Below, piece after piece: positions 38,717-48,254 of a stretch of DNA of 64,000 nt. Both the position numbers and the translations under genes were made by a program. Source of the stretch: Coniocarpon cinnabarinum (Eukaryota); contig JAVECO010000093.1 in assembly GCA_051942205.1 (NCBI GenBank), forward strand, positions 1 to 64,000, in the 5' to 3' direction. The notes under the pieces were generated by a model. That model did not search any database and was not told the origin of the DNA. It saw nothing but the letters and a program-made list of their open reading frames with translations. Each line of letters begins with the position of its first letter. Position 1 is the stretch's first letter.

Positions 38717-40042
38717 ATGTCCGCGGCAGCTAGCGGTGGCGCGCATAAAGGGACAGACGACGATATCCCAGAAGTAGTACCAGGAGACTCCGGATTTCCA
38801 CCTTCAAGCTCTGCCGGCACGGCGCCCACCGCGACATCACAGTTAACGCAAAGCGCTTCTCAGGCTTCGAACGGGGACCCATCCACACCTACAGCCTCGT
38901 TGGACGAGGCACCGTGCTTAGCGGTCAGAAAGACCCGAGACGCAGAGCCCGCGGTGGAAATTATGAAGATGCTCAGCAATACCTCCAAGACAGGCGTATC
39001 TTCCTCAGAGCCAACCACGTTTTTGAGTCGAGAGACTCAAAATGATCCGAAGCGATCCACCGCGAAGGATCATGAGAATCCAGCTCAGCAGCACAAGACA
39101 AAGTCACTTCCTGACGGTGCGGCCTCTTCCTCGAGCCCCCGTCATGCCGACGATGAAGCATCACCAGGATACAAGTATCACGTCGTTGACACCGGTCGAC
39201 CGCTTGATGAGAAAGAGCTCCGGGGCGAGTCATCAGCCGCGACTAACCTGCAGAAAGACAATGAAAATGACCTCAAGAGCGTATCCTCCGAGTCCCGCCA
39301 TCCCACCGGCGACCGCGGGGTGGCCTCCATAGGCGAGACCACTGAAGAAGACGAAGAAGCTCAGAAAGACTCGTTAGCCAAATACACTCCACTGCACGCG
39401 GGCATTGAACCATCGCCGCCAGGCAGGAACATATTGAAGCCCACGCCACGGTTGCCGCTGTTCCAGGCAGAGTGTGAAAAGGGGTCTTGGCCAACAGTTC
39501 CTCCCCCTGTCAGCTTCCGTGGAGTCCCAGTGAGTAGTCCTAGAAGTACGTTCAACTTCTCCTGCGGCGCACCCAACTTTCACTTCTGCGATGCACCCAC
39601 CTTTCCCAGTCAAACTGTACCAACTTCATTTGCTGCTCCATCGGCTTCTCCAGTCAGCGCCAATGCAAACGTTAGGGACACAACTTTTGATCAATCATTA
39701 CTATCTCTGAACTCCCAAGTGAGTGACCAAGCCCCAAGCCGAGAACACAGCTATGGAGTCTTGGCAAAAGCCTTTCGAGGGCTCACGCATGACACGTGTA
39801 TCATCTGCGCACCAGCATCACTCCACCGTGCAAATGCGATGGCATTTGAGTACGTGCTGCGCAACCACGGCAACTTCGTCAAGGACGCGGGAATGCGAGA
39901 GGCCAGCAACGAGGTCGAACTGTTGCAGACCGTATTTCAAGGAGCGAAGTGGCTTTCCAATGACGATGGCACGGTCAGCATCAATCTTGTGGATGGTGGC
40001 GCAAGAGTATTAGTCTGGGCTTCTAAGATTGGTGTGGACTAA
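38717..40042 (+). CDS. Hypothetical protein: long disordered N-terminus and an approximately 100-aa globular C-terminal domain
   Basis: 441-codon ATG-initiated ORF; C-terminal pattern YGV...SLHRANAMA...DDGTVSI...VLVW. Confidence 0.65.
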   Translation: MSAAASGGAHKGTDDDIPEVVPGDSGFPPSSSAGTAPTATSQLTQSASQASNGDPSTPTASLDEAPCLAVRKTRDAEPAVEIMKMLSNTSKTGVSSSEPTTFLSRETQNDPKRSTAKDHENPAQQHKTKSLPDGAASSSSPRHADDEASPGYKYHVVDTGRPLDEKELRGESSAATNLQKDNENDLKSVSSESRHPTGDRGVASIGETTEEDEEAQKDSLAKYTPLHAGIEPSPPGRNILKPTPRLPLFQAECEKGSWPTVPPPVSFRGVPVSSPRSTFNFSCGAPNFHFCDAPTFPSQTVPTSFAAPSASPVSANANVRDTTFDQSLLSLNSQVSDQAPSREHSYGVLAKAFRGLTHDTCIICAPASLHRANAMAFEYVLRNHGNFVKDAGMREASNEVELLQTVFQGAKWLSNDDGTVSINLVDGGARVLVWASKIGVD

Positions 40043-40377
40043 CAGGAGAATAGCGGTGGGGGAGACGGATCCAAATTCTTGTTTCCTTATTCCGTGACTA
40101 TCTCACCGGAGGGTTGAAGGTTTCATGGATAGCATGTGCGACTTGATGGGAGGGAGTGATCTGAGTGCCCGTTGATTATCTAGCAACCTCGGATCGGGAC
40201 ATGCCCCAGTAGTTGTGTTGCTTCTCTTGCCCTTGGCATCCTCAAGACCGTCAAACAGATGTCGCCTTATCACGTCTTTCCTCGAATTGTGAGCCCCCAC
40301 ACATGACTTGGCATGGGTTACCTGTCAGTGCTGAGCCCGCGGGATTAGCAGGTTGGGTATTCAATCCTCATCACGAG

Positions 40378-41000
40378 TCAGGATCTCTTCTGACGCTTGG
40401 ATGCCAGGGTGGGATCAGACGAAGAACGCTCCTAAGAAGCAGAGTCAGCAAATTATTGATGCATATATGAAGCATCAATAATTTATTCGTAATTCGTTGT
40501 CATACTTCTTGCGCATCGTTCGTCTGCTCCGGTGTTGCATCTTCCCTTCCATGCACTGCCTCGCCCTTTATGGGCGTCGCTGGGAACTTTCCTCCAGCTT
40601 GAGCTTCCACGCTCCGCGTTCCCGGAAATTCTTGCACGACGTGGATATCTTTCACCTCCACGCACAAGTCGCCGTCGTATCTGACAATGTACTTGCCTTG
40701 AAATTCCGAACAACGGACTTCGGTGTTGAAAGCGCTCGATTCACAGCTTTTTCGCGACCACACCTTGACATCGAACCAGTCTTCGAATTCCTCTTTGACA
40801 GCACTTCTGGTCATGTTCACAGCAGCAGCATTGGCTTCGGCAAGATCATAGAAGATCATTGATGTGTTTTCGTGATTGAGCAGTTTCTGTTTTGGTTTTG
40901 AAAATGTCCTGATGCCATAGATATCGCTGACGACAATACGATATGCCATTTTGAAGTCTTTCATCTTCGAAACTGTCGGGCCCGTATCGGAAGCTGCCAT
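40378..41000 (-). CDS. Orphan-family protein, copy 1 (basic C-terminal tail)
   Basis: ATG at 41000. Canonical intron 40432-40505 (GTATGA..GCTGAC..TAG) adds exon ERSSSDPTLASKRQKRS*. Distant similarity to the 41699 and 43277 genes. Confidence 0.65.
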
Positions 41001-41698
41001 GTCTGCAAAAGATCCTCGCAAGTTTTTGGGGAGAGGGAGAGGGTCACTCCTCTCAGGACGACGAGGGGAACAATTTGTTGCAGAACAACAGGACTGACAT
41101 GGGAAAAGGGTCAGTTGTGGAACGTTTTCAAGTGATTGCCATTATGGTCTCGAGCTGTTGATGTGCCCCTCCAATAGGGGAGGTAATGAGGCCGATTGAC
41201 TCAACCAGGTGGAAACTAGACCGTATATGGGCAGCGGCGGAAGCCAAGGCTAGCTGGAGCAGCGGCGTAGCCCTATGGACTAGATGCAGGCCTCCGATTG
41301 GCTCTACTTAGCGCGTGCACGTCCGCCCGAAGAGCGGGGCCCACCTCAAAATCCACCACTGTACGCCAAGTCACGCTGATGCAGCAAGACGTCTTTCTGG
41401 AAGTGAAAGCTTATTAGGCACGTTAAACTGTCGACACCTCGAAACTAATTTAGAACAGTCAAATGCAGCTGTACAGAAATCAAGTCTACGACCCGTTTCA
41501 GTGACTGAAATCCTCTTATCACTTCAGCAGCCGCGTGCCACAATGAACATTCCGATGAGAGGTATATGTCGGGCGCTATTTGGATGTTGTAACAGGATAT
41601 GCACTAAGCGCCGCTCGTCAAGCAATCGAAAATCCATTGTTGTCTTGCATCAGTAGTCTCATTATTTCCAAGCCTAGGAATTAGCACCTTTGTGCAGT

Positions 41699-42322
41699 TC
41701 ATTTGCGAGCCGCCTTTTTCGTAGAAGATTCTAGTTCGGACTCGTAAGAGCTCGGACGCTTTAACGCCAGTGCATCTCTCTGTTCAAGACCCAAAATTGC
41801 TTCTCGGTCCTTGAGGGTGACACATCCGCGCTTGTCCCCTTTTGCAGCAGAAGAAATCTCCTCGACTCCATGACTGCCGGTCGTGTTGTCGCAAGGTATG
41901 CTGCTGGGTGCGTCTTTATGTTTGACCCACTGCTCATGAACCGAGTCACAACCCTCTTTGTTCAAGATGTAGATTTCTCGAACCTCAACAATTGTTCCCA
42001 TTACCCTTCTTTTCGAAGCATCGAGTTCATGTTTGCGAATATCCTCTACTTCGAACTTAATGGCTTTTGCGACATTGCACCTGTCCCCAGGTGAGAGAAA
42101 TTTCAGAAGATAATTTTGCGCGGCTTGCAAGATCATTCTGTCAACGTTGTGTTCAGCTATTGATCGCAGGTCGAACAACATATTGTTGAGCCTATGTTTG
42201 GTGAGATAATCATCCACATGCCTTTCATGAACAGAATCATTATCCTTGTTCGATGTAACAGAGATTTTATAGCGTCTCTTAAGCATCGACGGTTCTAGCA
42301 TCACTATAGATGCTTCCGCCAT
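41699..42322 (-). CDS. Orphan-family protein, copy 2
   Basis: YKISVTSNK...VDRMILQAAQNY...RVMGTIVEVREIYI; tail KRPSS...TKKAARK*. Confidence 0.7.
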   Translation of the reverse strand: MAEASIVMLEPSMLKRRYKISVTSNKDNDSVHERHVDDYLTKHRLNNMLFDLRSIAEHNVDRMILQAAQNYLLKFLSPGDRCNVAKAIKFEVEDIRKHELDASKRRVMGTIVEVREIYILNKEGCDSVHEQWVKHKDAPSSIPCDNTTGSHGVEEISSAAKGDKRGCVTLKDREAILGLEQRDALALKRPSSYESELESSTKKAARK

Positions 42323-43276
42323 GGCTTTGAGAGTCAATACATTGCCTAGCCGTGAGCGTAAGCGTGCGCATTTTAGAGTAGAAAAAAAGCAATTATGCGA
42401 GGCAGACAGGATAGCTCTAATAGGGTAAGTTGGCATGTGAAAGCTCTTCTCCGCCTAGCTTGGGAATGGTCGCTCAGGAAGTGCCAAGGAACCATACAGA
42501 TAGTTGTGTCCCCATTAGTCGTAGCTGTAGGTGAACAAAAAACCGCCATCTACTGCCAATTTTCCACTTGGCAGCAAGGTGAAACTTCGTCTCTCACCCC
42601 ATTGCCCATGCTACTAATTCTATGTACAGCTTTAAAAGTCTTATCACAGAGAAGACACCTCTGCCATTTTCTCGGAAAATACGCAGAACAGATACTATTT
42701 TATTGGGAAGCTTTTAGATGCTTGCATCACGCTGCAAAAGCTTTTGGCCTCTCACTATATCTTGCAAGTGTGTCAAGCTCCGTTACAAGCTTATAACTTA
42801 GCGATTACCGAAGTCAGGACTATGTTTAGTGTTCAAGGAAGATTGGCAGGAGCTATGTAGGCTCTACTTTATTAGACCAGTGACAATTCACATAGTCAAA
42901 AGCAGGACTTGCGTATATAATGAGCGTGGTGCCTTATGCAAAAGAGCTCGCGATACATTCTTGTGAGAACAAATTGCCACTGGCTTGCAGCAAATCGAGT
43001 ACCGATGAAGCTTTCATCATATCAAAATCCTGCAGAAATGTCAGGCAAATTTTGTTTTGGTCGTCATCGTTCGGATTCCTGGAACATAAAAGACATGTTG
43101 CTGTGGTAATGATATATCATTACGAAGACAGAAATACAGAGACGTCACAGCGAAGCTCCCAATCTTCGACTGTTCTTACATGTCGCAAATCTGCATTCGA
43201 ATGTTACGTAATTAGCCCCTACCATGCCTGACACTGGAGATCTTGTCTCGAGAGCCACACTAATACAGTAATTCAT

Positions 43277-44004
43277 CTAAATCCCTTCATGATGTTTGGA
43301 AACACAACGTGTTTCTCCCCTTGCTCCAATTGCAGAGGTCACCTTTTTTGGTGAAGACCGCGTATTGAGAATATTGAGACTCTGGTGCGCGGGTGGATAT
43401 TTGCTCTGGTGCGTGGGTAGATATTTGCTCTGGTGCGCGGGTGGATATTTGCGCTGGCGCCCGGAGTCGATCAGCATTGATGCTGTCAACAACGTGACGA
43501 AAACCTACTCACCTTCTTCGAGAGCTGGGTCACTCCCTCGCAAACATTGTCTAAGGTCGATTTTTCTTCAGGGGCGTCACATGGCGTCTTTTCGCCATGG
43601 ACCTCAAATAGATTCGCGGCCGCACAAGCCACGTCCTTCTCGTAGATACGGATTCTTTCCACCTTTACCGTGACACCCATGACACGCACGGTCGCCGCAT
43701 ATCCCCCATCGTCGTCATTAACGAGGTCGTTGACTTTGAAACTGAACTTCTTTGCGTCCCTATTTGAAGCAAAGCCCGGGAGTCCTTTCTCGATGTACTT
43801 GTGGGCAGCATCAATTATCATTCTGTCAACGCTCTCTGCTGCATCTTTTGGATCCGTGCAGAGCAAATTAGTCAATGTATGATTGATGAGACATGCGTCT
43901 ACGACATCTTCATAGTCGCGGTCCTCCTTATCGGAAGCAACAGTGATGCAATAGCCATATGATAGCCTAGATGAATCAAGCGGGATTCTTTCTCCTCGTG
44001 TCAT
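43277..44004 (-). CDS. Orphan-family protein, copy 3, with an 8-aa repeat tail
   Basis: YCITVASDK...VDRMIIDAAHKY...RVMGVTVKVERIRI. Phase-0 intron 43454-43512 joins SKK|RKYPPAHQSKYLPTHQSKYPPAHQS...EGI*. Confidence 0.7.
43380..43451. repeat. Tandem 24-bp minisatellite, 3 copies (coding)
   Basis: CTCTGGTGCG(C/T)GGGT(G/A)GATATTTG x3, read directly. Confidence 0.95.
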
Positions 44005-44815
44005 GGCAGCGCCCCTCAATGGTCTTAGCAAGCAATGCTGAGTTCCTCAGAAGATTGAGGGTAACGGAAGGGCAAAGGTCTCGGATTGGTGAATAGGCAG
44101 TCTGTAAATAAGGCGTCTTGCTGCATTCAGTCAGTAGAGAAGGGCTCTGATGATTTCAGTGCTTGGCGACTTTCCTCAAAATGTGCAAAACAAGTATCTT
44201 TATTTAAAATTCCTTTGAGGTGAGCAGGAGAATGTCAAGAGCTATGCCAAGCGAATTGAGATCTGATCACCATCCAGAAACGCCCACTTTTGGAGTTTCC
44301 TTTACGTCAAAGCATTTATAAGCAGTAGGTAATCAATGATGTACTCTAGATCTTCCTTAATGCTCATGCAAGTGAGCTCATAGATGTTGCTCGTTACTCA
44401 ACAGATATTGGGAGCAAATAGTAAGATCATGCGTCGGCAATATAACCGCACCGCAGGTTTGACTCGCAACACAAAACTTGTCATCATCATTGTTCGCATG
44501 GTGTGGTCCGTCTCGCGCTCATCGTTTCTGCTCCTTTTCGCCAGCACTGGCATTGAGAAAGGTTCCCGCCCGCCAGGCGCAGAGGAGCTCCAATGCTTCA
44601 GCATCAGAGGGATAAATGAGTCTTTTGAAATCCAAACCCAGAGCTCTAAAGCCCTACACCACATTCAGCATAATGGGACGAAGCAGAAAAGCTTGTGGAA
44701 TCACTCAAAAGCTACCCCGAGACGACGACAGAGGATATTAGGAGTACGAAACTCACTTCCGATCATTAGCTATCGCTCTAGGAAGATAGGCTCGGTACGA
44801 CAAGAGTCTCCCCAT

Positions 44816-44939
44816 CAGTGTGGTCAATGGTTCGGTTATGGTCAACCGTTAGGGTATCGGTTTAGTTCTTACTCTTATCGGTTTGGTTATAGCGCTACTG
44901 AACCGAAACCGAACCATAACCTAACCATTGACCACACTG
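44816..44939. mobile_element. 124-bp non-autonomous DNA transposon (MITE), hAT-like
   Basis: 27-bp terminal inverted repeats CAGTGTGGTCAATGGTT(C/A)GGTTATGGT with 1 mismatch. Perfect 8-bp direct repeat CTCCCCAT at 44808-44815 and 44940-44947. Internal TCGGTT/AACCGA motifs. Confidence 0.92.
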
Positions 44940-45298
44940 CTCCCCATGAAGCCGATCTGAGATGCAAGACTGGAAAATGCAGCCAACGACCGCGCCGCTG
45001 TATTTGCAGCTGGAGATGCTAACATAACCTGAGACGCATTTGATCGTCCACCCCGGAGCGCGACGAAGATCACACAAGGGCAGACGCAGCAATTTTCTCA
45101 TCTCGGGGCACGGTATTCTCCACGTTATCTCATTCCAATGACTGTGATCGTGCATTTCTTTGGAAGTGTGACGACACCATTTGTTTGAGCCAGGGAAAAA
45201 TATTACAAAAATATTCGCGGCGGATTATGAACTTCGGAAGGTATTAAAGGTCGACATTCAAGATCAATACCTCCTTCTATCACCCTCTTCAGTTCATT

Positions 45299-47698
45299 TT
45301 ACTTCAGTTCGTCCACGGTGTTCCAATTTCTAGCTCTTCGATAGGTGTAGCCAAGAAATGCGGTTTTTTTCCTAGCCTCCATAACTGTCTCCGCAGTTAT
45401 TGGGTCTCGCAGCAACCTGTCACGAGGACGCCTCATGGGCTTTCCTTGCAGCTTGTGTTCTTGATGCTGGCCATCCAGCTCTGGTGCTTGTTTGAGCGGG
45501 ACACTACCACCATTGATTCCTACGGCTTCACTTCCAAGTATCTCTTCTTCCGAATCAAAATATTTAGTCGAGTCTGCGCTGCGAACGCGGGGCACCCATG
45601 GCGGCGCAACCTTGTGCAGAATGGTCCACGGCACACCAGAGAAAAACGGATGATCTTTGATCTCCTGAGCATCGTTTTGATACACAAATTGTCGAGCTGG
45701 AGGCTGGTACCCATAGGCACATGAACTCAAGCGTGACCAAGGCTCCTGCAGCAGGCGGTAGATCAAATCTCTGGCGTAGTAGGTCACTTCCTGAGGGGGC
45801 GGGTTCGGCCAACTGAACTTGTTCTCGTGGTCTACAATTGCTCTTTTCGTGTCGTCGCGATTGTCTTTGCAAAACGGCGTGAATCCGTAGAGACATTCGA
45901 AGAGAATAATGCCGATGCTCCACTAGTCGCAACGACCATCATACGGGCCTCCTGTAATAACTTCAGGTGCCATGTACTGAGAGGTACCAACAACTGAGTT
46001 GGCGAGCATTCTTCGGACGGATCGCGGATCCCTGCTTCGTGACAATTCGGGTCTTTGCATCGCTCTTGATCGAGCCCCATCATACGACATGCCTTGATCG
46101 GTCAGTCTCTCGATCTTCCGCTTGTCCTGCTCCTCATCATCTCTATCGCCCTTCACGTGGATGCCAAGCTCCTCTAGCAAGCAATACCGTCGATGATAGT
46201 AGTAGGACTGCGTATGAGCCCACTCCCCGTCAAAAGCTAGGCCAAAGTCGGAAATCTTCAGATGGCCAGTAGAAGTAATGAGGAAATTGTCGGGTTTTAT
46301 GTCGCGGTGAATCCAACCCATGTTGTGCGCCTCCTCGATGCAGCAAATCATCTCGGCAAGGTAGAATTGGGCGTACCTCTCGGAGATCACTTCTTCGCGC
46401 AGCAAGAGTCCTAGAAAATCGCCTCCGATAGCGTAGTCCATGACCAAGTAGAGATTGTCGTGATCTTGAAAGCTCGCTCGAAGGGGCACAACCCACTTCG
46501 AAGTCCCTGCAGCATCGGCGAGAAAGTCACGCTCTGCGCGAAGATGAGCCTCTTGACAGCTTCGCAACATCTCTTCTTTGCGAATGACCTTCATCGCGTA
46601 TACTTCGTTCCTCACCGGTGCCACGCCAATTGTGGCAGCGTTGAAGTCAGTCTCGGGATCTGACAAGTCACGCACAAGTCGAACCAGTCCGAAGCTACCC
46701 TTGCCGAGAATCCTCAAGGGCTGATACCCGACCGCGACCATTTTGCGATGATCTTGTAGTCTATGGGCTTTGGCGAGACGAGTCTGTCTTAGAAAGTTAC
46801 TCTCCTCGCGCTGGAACCTTTTACGGGCGGACTCTCTCTCAAGTTGCGATTTCCCTTGAAGGTATAGGGAAAACTCCATTCTTCTCCGCCTTAATGAACG
46901 CGGTGTGATTTCATTGAAGTCTGGGCCACTGTACTGAGTTTCCAAAAACACTTTCACGCTTGCGAGCTTCTCTGTGAAGGCCACAGTCTGCCTCAAGGCT
47001 TCCTGGCTCTTGGTTTCATCTTCATCGACTTCCATAAGATCACGGGACTGCTTTAAACACATGAATGCTGATCGCGGTACTTTGGTTGTCGGCGACTCTG
47101 GTGAGGTTGGTGGCGTGGTCATGAGTAGATTTGATTCGGGTGAGATTGGGGTGATAGTATCTGAGGACGCGCACACTGCTTCAGCTACGTGTACTTGATG
47201 CGGAGCTGTGACAACCCGGAGCGTTGGCTTGGCAATCGCCGACTTTTGGGGCGTGTCTCGGGACAAATTTGAAGTCAAAGGGGCCAGTGCACTTCTCGAG
47301 GCTTGTTCTGGCCTGTGTCTTATTGTTGCGGGTGTGCCAATTTTCCTCCTGGACCAAACCCGTGACAGGTGCATACTTGGAGACGAGATTGATCTTTGTA
47401 GTTGTCGAGATGGCTCCAGTACCACGGCTGTAGATTCCCCATCAAGGGGTTTCATCTCCACTACCTGGTCAGGGGACGGTGGTGGACCAAGTAAGCTGTC
47501 ATGCTGCATCGATTGACCTCTCGCACGTGTGGCCATTTCATCGGGATTGGGTGTCTCGCTCATGATTGGACTTTGTAGCATGTAGTAACGAGGTGGTGCT
47601 GGGAATGATCGTATTAATAGTGACGAGGTGCGACTGTCAACATGTGACGCTATTGTATCCTGATGTGAACGACTTGGAGGGCCACAATCTAGGTGCAT
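45299..47698 (-). CDS. AGC/NDR-family kinase (PUK1/stk-21-like) interrupted by one in-frame TAG at 45923-45925
   Basis: EESNFLRQTR, GKGSFG, VYAMK, HRDIKPDN, DFG and GTSQYMAPE, then DGRCD*WSIGIILFECLYGFTPF. The frame continues open to the hydrophobic motif FLGYTYRR and the stop at 45299. The product would be 799 aa if the TAG is read as Trp. Confidence 0.9.
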
Positions 47699-48254
47699 TA
47701 GCAGAAGATTCTCCTCGAAGTGTTGATGGCTTCTTAATCACTTTTGCTACCAATCAAACGTAGAAACTTCTTACGTCCCCGAACAAACCGTGAGGTGGCT
47801 GAGATCGATTCGGCACAGCTTTCGACACAGCTGACGCTTGTGGAAGGGTTACCACCTCGGCGTTTCTTGCCTCTGAGAAATGCCATTCCAACGTTGAAGG
47901 GGCACGATTAATAATAGATCGATGTCAGCAATAGCAAAAGTGATGAGATGCGGGAACTTTGACGCAAGATCTTCATCGAGGAAGAGGCAGACACGGGTGG
48001 AAAACCTGTAATCCGCTCAATGGTCTAAAACAGGCGGTCGCGACTGGAAGGGATGGTGCGAACCACTGCGATCGTGACTGCCATTCGATGACGCTCGGTC
48101 TTCAATTTGCTAACTCAGTGTTACTGCTTGCAGCTTTGCTTCATGGTGAATCATGACAAGAAATCTGCACAGGTCTCTCCGAATAACCCAAACGCCATGC
48201 GATGCGCGGAAAGGTATGATATCTGTATTTCCCCTAGTGGTATGCAAGCAAAGT

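Noticed and set aside
43380..43451. Direct repeats as a CRISPR array
   Set aside because: No spacers; contiguous tandem units in eukaryotic coding DNA.
44384..45022. 212-aa plus-strand ORF spanning the MITE
   Set aside because: It translates through transposon TIRs, has no protein features and is not a transposase.
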